Part shown: positions 1-12,100 of the stretch, piece by piece
How positions within the stretch are numbered: the stretch's first letter is position 1
Layout: each line of letters opens with the position of its first letter
NCBI RefSeq assembly: GCF_036365525.1
Contig: NW_027140989.1
Span: 2,976,001 to 3,040,000, forward strand
From: Heterodontus francisci
Lineage: Eukaryota
Reading direction: 5' to 3'
DNA: 64,000 bases
The notes under the pieces: generated by a model
The model's input: only the letters and a program-made list of their open reading frames with translations
What the model was told of the DNA's origin: nothing
Databases searched by the model: none
Made by a program: the position numbers and the translations under genes

Positions 1-3000
1 ACTGTGTGTGAGTGTGAGGTTAGTTCTCTATCTGTCAGTGTCTGTTACTGTGTGTTAGTGTGAGGTTAATTATGTATCTGTCAGTCTCTGTTACTGTGTG
101 TGAGTGTGGGATTATTTCTGTATCTGACAGCGTCTGTTACTGTGTGTGAGTGTGGGCTTAATTATGTATCTGTCAGTGTCTGTTACTGTGTGTGAGTGTG
201 GGACTAATTCTGTATCTGTCAGTGTCTGTTACTGTGTGTGAGTGGGGGATTAATTCTGCATCTGTCAGTGTCTGTTACTGTGTGTGAGTGTGGGATTAAT
301 TCTGTATCTGTCAGTGTCTGTTATTGTATGTGAGTGTGGGATTAATTCTTTGTCTGTCAGTGTCTGTTACTGTGTGTGAGTGTGGGATTAATTCCCTATC
401 TGTCAGTGTCTGTTACTGTGTGTGAGTGTGGGATTAATTCTGTATCTGTCAGTGTCTGTTACTGTGTGTGAGTGTGGGATTAATTCTGTATCTGTCAGTG
501 TCTGTTACTGTATGTGAGTGTGGGATTAAGTCTGATTCTGTCAGTGTCTGTAACTGTGTGTGAGTGTGGCATTAATTCTCTATCTGTCAGAGTCTTTTAC
601 TGTGTGTGAGTGCGGGATTAATTCTGTATCTGTCATTGTCTGTTACTGTATTTGAGTGTGGGATTAATTCTGTATCTGTCAGTGACTGTTACTGTGTGTG
701 ACTGTGGGATTAATTCTGTATCTGTCAGTGTCTGCTAATCCGTGTGAGTGCCGGATTAATTCTCTATCTGTCAGTGTCTGGTACTGTATGTGAGTGTGGG
801 ATTAGTTCTCTTTCTGTCAGTTTCTGGTACTGTGTGTGAGATTGGGATGAATTCTGCATCTGTCACTGTCTGTTACCGTGTGTGAGTGTGGGATTAATTC
901 TGTATCTGTCAGTGTCTGTTACTGTGTGTGAGTGTGGGATTAATTCTCTATCTGTCAGTGTCTGTTATTGTGTGTGAGTGTGGGATTAATTCTGTCTCTG
1001 TCAGTGTCTGTTACTTTGTGTGAGTGTGGGATTAATTTTGTATCTGTCAGTGTCTGTTACTGTGTGTGAGTGTGGGATTAATTCTGTATTTGTCAGTGTC
1101 TGTTACTGTATGTGTGTGTGGGATTATGTGTGATTCTGTCAGGGTCTGTAACTGTGTGTGAGTGTGGCATTAATTCTCTATCTGTCAGTGTCTGTTACTG
1201 TGTGTGAGTGCGGGATTAATTCTGTATCTGTCATTGCCTGTTACTGTATTTGATTGTGGGATTAATTCTGTATCTGTCAGTGACTGTTACTGTGTGTGAC
1301 TGTGGGATTAATTCTGTATCTGTCAGTGTCTGTTAATCCGTGTGAGTGCCGGATTAATTCTCTATCTGTCAGTGTCTGGTACTGTATGTGAGTGTGGGAT
1401 TAGTTCTCTTTCTGGCAGTTTCTGGTACTGTGTGTGAGTGTGGGATGAATTCTGCATCTGTCACTGTCTGTTACCGTGTGTGAGTGTGGGATTAATTCTG
1501 ACTCGACAGTGTTTGTTACTGTGTGTTAGTGTGAGGTTAATTCTGTATCTGTCAGTCTCTGCTACTGTGTGTGAGTGTGGTATTAATTCTGTATCTGTCA
1601 GTGTCTGTTACTGTGTGTGAGTGTGGGATTAATTCTGTATCTGTCAGTGTCTGCAAGTGTGTGAGTGTGGGATTAATTCTGTATCTGTCAGTGTCTGTTA
1701 TTGTGTGTGAGTGTGGGATTAAGTCTGTATCTGTCACGTGTCTGTTACTGTGTGCGATTGTGGGATTAATTCTGTATCTGTCAGTGTCTGTTACTGTATG
1801 TGAGTGTGGGATTAAGTCTGATTCTGTCAGTGTCTGTAACTGTGTGTGAGTGTGGCATTAATTCTCTATCTGTCAGTGTCTGTTACTGTGTGTGAGTGCG
1901 GGATTAATTCTGTATCTGTCATTGTCTGTTACTGTATTTGAGTGTGGGATTAATTCTGTATCTGTCAGTGACTGTTACTGTGTGTGAGTGTGGGATTAAT
2001 TCTGTATCTGTCAGTGTCTGTTAATCCGTGTTAGTGTGGGATTAATTCTCTATCTGTCAGTGTCTGGTACTGTATGTGAGTGTGGGATTAGTTCTCTTTC
2101 TGTCAGTTTCTGGTACTGTGTGTGAGATTGGGATGAATTCTGCATCTGTCACTGTCTGTTACCGTGTGTGAGTGTGGGATTAATTCTGACTCGACAGTGT
2201 TTGTTACTGTGTGTGAGTGTGGGGTTAGTTCTCTATCTGTCAGTGTTTGTTACTGTGTGTTAGTGTTAGGTGAATTCTGTATCTGTCAGTGTCTGTTACT
2301 GTGTGTGAGTGTGGGATTAATTCTGTATCTGTCAGTGTCTGTTACTGTGTGTGAGTGTGGGATTAATTCTCTATCTGTCAGTGTCTGTTATTGTGTGTGA
2401 GTGTGGGATTAATTCTGTCTCTGTCAGTGTCTGTTACTTTGTGTGAGTGTGGGATTAATTTTGTATCTGTCAGTGTCTGTTACTGTGTGTTAGTGTGGGA
2501 TTAATTCTGTATCTGTCAGTGTCTGTTACTGTATGTGTGTGTGGGATTATGTGTGATTCTGTCAGGGTCTGTAACTGTGTGTGAGTGTGGCATTAATTCT
2601 CTATCTGTCGGTGTCTGTTACTGTGTGTGAGTGTGGGATTAATTCTGTATCTGTCAGTGTCTGTTACTGTATGTGAGTGTGGGATTAAGTCTGATTCTGT
2701 CAGTGTCTGTAACTGTGTGTGAGTGTGGCATTAATTCTCTATCTGTCAGTGTCTGTTACTGTGTGTGAGTGCGGGATTAATTCTGTATCTGTCATTGTCT
2801 GTTACTGTATTTGAGTGTGGGATTAATTCTGTATCTGTCAGTGACTGTTACTGTGTGTGAGTGTGGGATTAATTATGTATCTGTCAGTGTCTGGTACTGT
2901 ATGTGAGTGTGGGATTAGTTCTCTTTCTGTCAGTTTCTGGTACTGTGTGTGAGTGTGGGATGAATTCTGCATCTGTCACTGTCTGTTACCGTGTGTGAGT

Positions 3001-4592
3001 GTGGGATTAATTCTGACTCGACAGTGTTTGTTACTGTGTGTGAGTGTGGGGTTAGTTCTCTATCTGTCAGTGTTCGTTACTGTGTGTTAGTGTGAGGTTA
3101 ATTCTGTATCTGTCAGTGTCTGTTACTGTGTGTGAGTGTGGGATTAATTCTGTATCTGTCAGTGTCTGTTACTGTGTTTGAGTGTGGGATTAATTCTCTA
3201 TCTGTCAGTGTCTGTTATTGTGTGTGAGTGTGGGATTAATTCTGTCTCTGTCAGTGTCTGTTACTTTGTGTGAGTGTGGGATTAATTTTGTATCTGTCAG
3301 TGTCTGTTGCTGTGTGTGAGTGTGGGATTAATTCTGCATCTGTCAGAGTCTGTTACTGTGTGTGTGTGTGTGGGATTATGTCTGATTCTGTCAGTGTCTG
3401 TAACTGTGTGTGAGTGCGGGTGTTAATTCTGTATCTGTCATTGTCTGTTACTGTATTTGATTGTGGGATTAATTCTGTATCTGTCAGTGAGTGTTACTGT
3501 GTGTGACTGTGGGATTAATTCTGTATCTGTCAGTGTCTGTTAATCCGTGTGAGTGCCTGATTAATTCTCTATCTGTCAGTGTCTGTTACTGTGTGTGAGT
3601 GCGGGATTAATTCTGTATCTGTCATTGTCTGTTACTGTATTTGATTGTGGGATTAATTCTGTACCTGTCAGTGACTGTTACTGTGTGTGACTGTGGGATT
3701 AATTCTGTATCTGTCAGTGTCTGTTAATCCGTGTTAGTGTGGGATTAATTCTCTATCTGTCAGTGTCTGGTACAGTATCTGAGTGTGGGATTAGTTCTCT
3801 TTCTGTCAGTTTCTGGTACTGTGTGTGAGTGTGGGATGAATTCTGCATCTGTCACTGTCTGTTACCGTGTGTGAGTGTGGGATTAATTCTGACTCGACAG
3901 TGTTTGTTACTGTGTGTGAGTGTGGGGTTAGTTCTCTGTCTGTCAGTGTTTGTTACTGTGTGTTAGTGTGAGGTTAATTCTGTATCTGTCAGTCTCTGTT
4001 ACTGTGTGTGAGTGTGGTATTAATTCTGTATCTGTCAGTGTCTGTTACTGTGTGTGAGTGTGGGATTAATTCTGTATCTGTCAGTGTCTGCAAGTGTGTG
4101 AGTGTGGGATTAATTCTGTATCTGTCAGTGTCTGTTATTGTGTGTGAGTGTGGGATTAAGTCTGTATCTGTCACGTGTCTGTTACTGTGTGCGATTGTGG
4201 GATTAATTCTGTATCTGTCATTGTCTGTTAATGTATTTGAGTGTGGGATTAATTCTGATTCTCTCGGTGCCTGTTACTGTGTGTGAGTGTGGCATTAATT
4301 CTGTATCTGTCAGTGTCTGTTACTGTGTGTGAGTGCGGGATTAATTCTGTATCTTTCATTGTCTGTTAATGTATTTCAGTGTGGGATTAATTCTGCATCT
4401 GTCACTGTCTGTTACCGTGTGTGAGGCTGAGATTAATTCTGACTCGACATAGTTTGTTACTGTGTGTGAGTGTGAGGTTAGTTCTCTATCTGTCAGTGTC
4501 TGTTACTGTGTGTTAGTGTGATGTTAATTCTGTATCTGTCAGTCTCTGTTACTGTGTGTGAGTGTGGGATTATTTCTGTATCTGACAGCGTC
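1..4592. repeat. 46-bp tandem satellite, left part
   Basis: Monomer ACTGTGTGTGAGTGTGGGATTAATTCTGTATCTGTCAGTGTCTGTT, period 46 (e.g. 425 to 471); recurring variant monomers. Confidence 0.97.
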
Positions 4593-6130
4593 AGATGTTA
4601 AGGATGTTATGGGAAGCAAGGGATGAAATTGCAGAGCCGCTGGCAATGATCTTTTCATCTTCTCTGCTGACGGGGGTGGTACCAGGTGATTGGAGGGTGG
4701 CAAATGTTGTGCCCCTGTTCAAGAAAGGGAATAGGAACAACCCTGGGAATTACAGGCCAGTTAGTCTTACTTCGGTGGTAGGCAAGTTGATGGAAAAGGT
4801 GCTGAGGGATAGGATTTCTGAGCATCTGGAAAGACACTGCTTGATTCGGGACAGTCAGCACGGTTTTGTGAGGGGTAGGTCTTGCCTCACAAGCCTGATT
4901 GAATTCTTTGAGCAGGTGACCAAGCAAGTGGATGAGGGTAAACCAGTGGATGTGGTGTACATGGATTTTAGTAAGGCATTTGATAAGGTCCCCCATGGTA
5001 GACTTATGGAGAAAGTCAGGAGGCATGGGATAGTGGGGAATGTGGCCAGTTGGATTAAGAATTGGCTAACTGATAGAAGGCAGAGAGTGGTCTTAGATGG
5101 TAAATACTCAGCCTGGAGCCCAGTTACCAGTGGCGTGCCGCAGGGATCAGTTCTGGGTCCTCTCCTGTTTGTGATTTTTATTAACGACTTGGATGAGGAA
5201 GTCGAAGGGTGGGTCAGTAAATTTGCAGATGATTCAAAGGTTGGTGGAGTTGTGGATACCGAGGAGGGCTATTGTCGTCTGCAAAGGGACTTGGATAGGT
5301 TGCAGTGCTGGGCTGAAAAGTGGCAGATGGAGTTTAACCCTGAAAAGTGTGAGGTCGTCCATTTTGGAAGGACAAACATGAATGCAAAATACTGGGTTAA
5401 CGGTAGGGTTCTTGGGCATGTGGAGGAGCAGAGAGACCTTGGGGTCTATGTGCATAGATCATTGAAAGTTGCAACTCAAGTGGATAGGGCTGTGAAGAAG
5501 GCATATGGGGTGTTAGCGTTCATTAGCAGAGGGATTGAATTTAAGAGCCGTGAGGTGATGATGCAGCTGTACAGGACCTTGGTAAGGCCTCATTTGGAGT
5601 ACTGTGTGCAGTTCTGGTCGCCTCATTTTAGGAAGGATGTGGAAGCCTTGGAGAGGGTGCAGAGGAGATTTACCAGGATGTTGCCTGGAATGGAGAATAA
5701 GTCTTACGAGGAAAGGCTGAACATTCTAGGCCTCTTCTCATTAGAACGGAGAAGGATGAGGGGTGACATGATAGAGGTTTATAAGATGATCAGGGGAATA
5801 GATAGGGTAGACAGTCAGAAACTTTTTCCCCGGGTGGAGCAAAGCGTTACAAGGGGTCATAAATTTAAGGTGAAGGGTGGGAGATATAAGGGGGATGTCA
5901 GGGGAAGGTTCTTTACCCAGAGAGTGGTCGAGGCATGGAATGCCTTGCCCGGGGAAGTTGTTGAGTCAGAAACTTTAGATACTTTCAAAAGGCTTTTGGA
6001 TAGGTATATGGATAAAGGAGAATGATGGGGTATAGATTAAATTGTCCTTGACAGAGGACAAAGGATCGGCACAACATTGTGGGCCGAAGGGCCTGTTCTG
6101 TGCTGTATGTTCTATGTTCTATGTTCTATG
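4593..6130 (+). mobile_element. 5'-truncated CR1-clade LINE inserted in the satellite
   Basis: RT ORF, 3'UTR with GGGCCGAAGGGCCTGTTCTGTGCTGT and (ATGTTCT)n tail; the uninterrupted target variant is present at about 110-170. Confidence 0.96.
4595..6025 (+). CDS. CR1 ORF2 fragment (reverse transcriptase and C-terminal domain), open frame of 476 aa
   Basis: Motifs NYRPVSLTS, QHGF, DFSKAFDKVPH, GVPQGSVLGP, FADD, RPHLEY; no endonuclease domain (5' truncation). Confidence 0.9.
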   Translation: MLRMLWEARDEIAEPLAMIFSSSLLTGVVPGDWRVANVVPLFKKGNRNNPGNYRPVSLTSVVGKLMEKVLRDRISEHLERHCLIRDSQHGFVRGRSCLTSLIEFFEQVTKQVDEGKPVDVVYMDFSKAFDKVPHGRLMEKVRRHGIVGNVASWIKNWLTDRRQRVVLDGKYSAWSPVTSGVPQGSVLGPLLFVIFINDLDEEVEGWVSKFADDSKVGGVVDTEEGYCRLQRDLDRLQCWAEKWQMEFNPEKCEVVHFGRTNMNAKYWVNGRVLGHVEEQRDLGVYVHRSLKVATQVDRAVKKAYGVLAFISRGIEFKSREVMMQLYRTLVRPHLEYCVQFWSPHFRKDVEALERVQRRFTRMLPGMENKSYEERLNILGLFSLERRRMRGDMIEVYKMIRGIDRVDSQKLFPRVEQSVTRGHKFKVKGGRYKGDVRGRFFTQRVVEAWNALPGEVVESETLDTFKRLLDRYMDKGE

Positions 6131-9100
6131 TCTGTTGCTGTGTGTGAGTGTGGGCTTAATTATGTATCTGTCAGTGTCTGTTACTGTGTGTGAGTGTGGG
6201 ACTAATTCTGTATCTGCCAGTGTCTGTTACTGTGTGTGAGTGTGGGATTAATTCTGTATCTGTCAGTGTCTGTTACTGTGTGTGAGTGGGGGATTAATTC
6301 TGTATCTGTCAGTGTCTGTTACTGTGTGTGAGTGTGGGATTAATTCTGTATCTGTCAGTGTCTGTTATTGTATGTGAGTGTGGGATTAATTCTTTGTCTG
6401 TCAGTGTCTGTTACTGTGTGTGAGTGTGGGATTAATTCCCTATCTGTCAGTGTCTGTTACTGTGTGTGAGTGTGGGATTAATTCTGTATCTGTCAGTGTC
6501 TGTTACTGTGTGTGAGTGTGGGATTAATTCTGTATCTGTCAGTGTCTGTTACTGTATGTGAGTGTGGGATTAAGTCTGATTCTGTCAGTGTCTGTAACTG
6601 TGTGTGAGTGTGGCATTAATTCTCTATCTGTCAGTGTCTGTTACTGTGTGTGAGTGCGGGATTAATTCTGTATCTGTCATTGTCTGTTACTGTATTTGAG
6701 TGTGGGATTAATTCTGTATCTGTCAGTGACTGTTACTGTGTGTGACTGTGGGATTAATTCTGCATCTGTCAGTGTCTGTTAATCCGTGTGAGTGCCGGAT
6801 TAATTCTCTATCTGTCAGAGTCTGGTACTGTATGTGAGTGTGGGATTAGTTCTCTTTCTGTCAGTTTCTGGTACTGTGTGTGAGATTGGGATGAATTCTG
6901 CATCCGTCACTGTCTGTTAGCGTGTGTGAGTGTGGGATTAATTCTGACTCGACAGTGTTTGTTACTGTGTGTGAGTGTGGGGTTAGTTCTCTATCTGTCA
7001 GTGTTTGTTACTGTGTGTTAGTGTTAGGTGAATTCTGTATCTGTCAGTGTCTGTTACTGTGTGTGAGTGTGGGATTAATTCTGTATCTGTCAGTGTCTGT
7101 TACTGTGTGTGAGTGTGGGATTAATTCTCTATCTGTCAGTGTCTGTTATTGTGTGTGAGTGTGGGATTAATTCTGTCTCTGTCAGTGTCTGTTACTTTGT
7201 GTGAGTGTGGGATTAATTTTGTATCTGTCAGTGTCTGTTACTGTGTGTGAGTGTGGGATTAATTCTGTATCTGTCAGTGTCTGTTACTGTATGTGTGTGT
7301 GGGATTATGTGTGATTCTGTCAGGGTCTGTAACTGTGTGTTAGTGTGGCATTAATTCTCTATCTGTCAGTGTCTGTTACTGTGTGTGAGTGCGGGATTAA
7401 TTCTGTATCTGTTAGTGACTGTTACTGTATTTGATTGTGGGATTAATTCTGTATCTGTCAGTGACTGTTACTGTGTGTGACTGTGGGATTAATTCTTATC
7501 TGTCAGTGTCTGTTAATCCGAGTGACTGCCGGATTAATTCTCTATCTGTCAGTGTCTGGTACTGTATGTGAGTGTGGGATTAGTTCTCTTTCCGGCAGTT
7601 TCTGGTACTGTGTGTGAGTGTGGGATGAATTCTGCATCTGTCACTGTCTGTTACCGTGTGTGAGTGTGGGATTAATTCTGACTCGACAGTGTTTGTTACT
7701 GTGTGTGAGTGTGTGGTTAGTTCTCTGTCTGTCAGTGTTTGTTACTGTGTGTTAGTGTGAGGTTAATTCTGTATCTGTCAGTCTCTGTTACTGTGTGTGA
7801 GTGTGGTATTAATTCTGTATCTGTCAGTGTCTGTTACTGTGTGTGAGTGTGGGATTAATTCTGTAGCTGTCAGTGTCTGCAAGTGTGTGAGTGTGGGATT
7901 AATTCTGTATCTGTCAGTGTCTGTTATTGTGTGTGAGTGTGGGATTAAGTCTGTATCTGTCACGTGTCTGTTACTGTGTGCGATTGTGGGATTAATTCTG
8001 TATCTGTCAGTGTCGTTAATCTGTTTTAGTGCCCGATTAATTCTCTATCTGTTAGTGTCTGGTACGGTATTTGAGTGTGGGATTAGTTCTCTATCTGTCA
8101 GTCTCTGTTGTTCTCTGTGAGTGTGGGATTAATTCTTTGTCTGTCAGTGTTCGTTACTGTGTGTGAGTGTGGGATTAATTCTGCATCTGTCAGTGTCTGT
8201 TACTGTATGTGAGTGTGGGATTAAGTCTGATTCTGTCAGTGTCTGTAACTGTGTGTGAGTGTGGCATTAATTCTCTATCTGTCAGTGTCTGTTACTGTGT
8301 GTGAGTGCGGGATTAATTCTGTATCTGTCAGTGTCTGTTACTGTGTGTGAGTGTGGGATTAATTCTCTATCTGTCAGTGTCTGTTATTGTGTGTGAGTGT
8401 GGGATTAATTCTGTCTCTGTCAGTGTCTGTTACTTTGTGTGAGTGTGGCATTAATTCTCTATCTGTCAGTGTCTGTTACTGTGTGTGAGTGCGGGATTAA
8501 TTCTGTATCTGTCAGTGTCTGTTACTGTATGTGTGTGTGCGATTATGTGTGATTCTGTCAGGGTCTGTAACTGTGTGTTAGTGTGGCATTAATTCTCTAT
8601 CTGTCAGTGTCTGTTACTGTGTGTGAGTGCGGGATTAATTCTGTATCTGTCATTGTCTGTTACTGTATTTGATTGTGGGATTAATTCTGTATCTGTCAGT
8701 GACTGTTACTGTGTGTGACTGTGGGATTAATTCTTATCTGTCAGTGTCTGTTAATCCGAGTGACTGCCGGATTAATTCTCTATCTGTCAGTGTCTGGTAC
8801 TGTATGTGAGTGTGGGATTAGTTCTCTTTCTGGCAGTTTCTGGTACTGTGTGTGAGTGTGGGATGAATTCTGCATCTGTCACTGTCTGTTACCGTGTGTG
8901 AGTGTGGGATTAATTCTGACTCGACAGTGTTTGTTACTGTGTGTGAGTGTGGGGTTAGTTCTCTGTCTGTCAGTGTTTGTTACTGTGTGTTAGTGTGAGG
9001 TTAATTCTGTATCTGTCAGTCTCTGTTACTGTGTGTGAGTGTGGTATTAATTCTGTATCTGTCAGTGTCTGTTACTGTGTGTGAGTGTGGGATTAATTCT

Positions 9101-12100
9101 GTATCTGTCAGTGTCTGCAAGTGTGTGAGTGTGGGATTAATTCTGTATCTGTCAGTGTCTGTTATTGTGTGTGAGTGTGGGATTAAGTCTGTATCTGTCA
9201 CGTGTCTGTTACTGTGTGCGATTGTGGGATTAATTCTGTATCTGTCAGTGTCGTTAATCTGTTTTAGTGCCCGATTAATTCTCTATCTGTTAGTGTCTGG
9301 TACGGTATTTGAGTGTGGGATTAGTTCTCTATCTGTCAGTCTCTGTTGTTCTATGTGAGTGTGGGATTAATTCTTTGTCTGTCAGTGTTCGTTACTGTGT
9401 GTGAGTGTGGGATTAATTCTGCATCTGTCAGTGTCTGTCACTGTATGTCAGTGTGGGATTAAGTCTGATTCTGTCAGTGTCTGTAACTGTGTGTGAGTGT
9501 GGCATTAATTCTCTATCTGTCAGTGTCTGTTACTGTGTGTGAGTGCGGGATTAATTCTGTATCTGTCATTGTCTGTTAATGTATTTCAGTGTGGGATTAA
9601 TTCTGCATCTGTCACTGTCTGTTACCGTGTGTGAGTCTGGGATTGATTCTGACTCCACAGTGTTTGTTACTGTGTGTGAGTGTGAGGTTAGTTCTCTATC
9701 TGTCAGTGTCTGTTACTGTGTGTTAGTGTGAGGTTAATTATGTATCTGTCAGTCTCTGTTACTGTGTGTGAGTGTGGGATTAATTCTGTATCTGTCAGTG
9801 TCTGTTACTGTGTGTGTGTGGGCTTAATTATGTATCTGTCAGTGTCTGTTACTGTGTGTGAATGTGGGATTAATTCTGTATCTGTCTGTGTCTGTTACTG
9901 TGTGTGAGTGTGGGATTAATTCTGTATCTGTCAGTCTATGTTACTGTGCGTGAGCGTGGTATTAGTTCTATACCTGTCAGTGTCTGTTACTGTGTGTGAG
10001 TGTGGGATTAATTCTGTATCTGTCAGTGTCTGTTACTGTGTGTGAGTGTGGGATTAATTCTCTATCTGTCAGTGTCTGTTATTGTGTGTGAGTGTGGGTT
10101 TAATTCTATCTCTGTCATTGTCTGTTACTGTATTTGAGTGTGGGATTAATTCTGTATCTGTCATTGTCTGTTACTGTATTTGAGTGTGGGATTAATTCTG
10201 CATCTGTCACTGTCTGTTACCGTGTGTGAGTGTGGGGTTAGATCTCTATCTGTCAGTGTTTGTTACTGTGTGTTCGTGTGAGGTTAATTCTGTATCTGTC
10301 AGTCTATGTTACTGTGTGTGATCGTGGTATTAGTTCTATATCTGTCAGTGTCTGTTACTGTGTGTGAGTGTGGGATTAATTCTGTATCTGTCAGTGTCTG
10401 TTACTGTGTGTGAGTGTGGGATTAATTCTCTATCTGTCAGTATCTGTTATTGTGTGTGAGTGTGGGTTTAATTCTATCTCTGTCAGTGTCTGTTATTGTT
10501 TGTGAGTGTGGGATTAATTCTGTATCTGTCAGTGTCTGTTACTGTGTGTGAGTGTGGGATTAATTCTGTCTCTGTCAGTGTCTGTTACATTGTGTGAGTG
10601 TGGGATTAATTTTGTATCTGTCAGTGTATGTTACTGTGTGTGAGTGTGGGATTAATTCTGTATCTGTCAGTGTCTGTTACTGTATGTGAGTGTGGGATTA
10701 TGTCTGATTCTGTCAGTGTCTGTAACTGTGTGTGAGTGTGGGATTAGTTCTCTTTCTGTCAGTTTCTGGTACTGTGTGTGAGTGTGGGATGAATTCTGCA
10801 TCTGTCACTGTCTGATACCGTGTGTGAGTGTGGGATTAATTCTGACCCGACAGTGTTTGTTACTGTGTGTGAGTGTGGGGTTAGTTCTCTATCTGTCAGT
10901 GGTTGTTACTGTGTGTTAGTGTTAGGTGAATTCTGTGTCTGTCAGTGTCTGTTACTGTTTGTGAGTGTGGGATTAATTCTGTATCTGTCAGTGTCTGTTA
11001 CTGTGTGTGAGTGTGGGATTAATTCTCTATCTGTCAGTGTCTGTTATTGTGTGTGAGTGTGGGATTAATTCTGTCTCTGTCAGTGTCTGTTACTTTGTGT
11101 GAGTGTGGGATTAATTCTGTACCTGTCAGTGTCTGTTACTGTGTGTGAGTGTGGGATTAATTCTGTATCTGTCAGTGTCTGTTACTGTATGTGTGTGTGG
11201 GATTATGTGTGATTCTGTCAGTGTCTGTAACTGTGTGTGAGTGTGGCATTAATTCTCTATCTGTCAGAGTCTGTTACTGTGTGTGAGTGCGGGATTAATT
11301 CTGTATCTGTCATTGGCTGTTACTGTGTTTGATTGTGGGATTAATTCTGTATCTGTCAGTGACTGTTACTGTGTGTGACTGTGGGAGTAATTCTGTATCT
11401 GTCAGTGTCTGTTAATCCGTGTGAGTGCCGGATTAATTCTCTATCTGTCAGTGTCTGGTACTGTATGTGAGTGTGGGATTAGTTCTCTTTCTGTCAGTTT
11501 CTGGTACTGTGTGTGAGTGTGGGATGAATTCTGCATCTGTCACTGTCTGTTACCGTGTGTGAGTGTGGGATTAATTCTGACTCGACAGTGTTTGTTACTG
11601 TGTGTGAGTGTGGGGTTAGTTCTCTATCTGTCAGTGTTTGTCACTGTGTGTTAGTGTGAGGTTAATTCTGTATCTGTCAGTCTCTGTTACTGTGTGTGAG
11701 TGTGGGATTAATTCTGTATCTGTCAATGTCTGCAAGTGTGTGAGTGTTAGATTAATTCTGTATCTGTCAGTGTCTGTTATTGTGTGTGAGTATGGGATTA
11801 AGTCTGTATCTGTCACGTGTCTGTTACTGTGTGCGATTGTGGGATTAATTCTGTATCTGTCAGTGTCGTTAATCTTTTTTAGTGCCCGATTAATTCTCTA
11901 TCTGTTAGTGTCTGGTACGGTATTTGAGTCTGGGATTAGTTCTCTATCTGTCAGTCTCTGTTGTTGTATGTGAGTGTGAGATTAATTCTTGGTCTGTCAG
12001 TGTTCGTTACTGTGTGTGAGTGTGGGATTAATTCTGTATCTGTCAATGTCTGTTACTGTATGTGAGAGTGGGATTAAGTCTGATTCTGTCAGTGTCTGTA

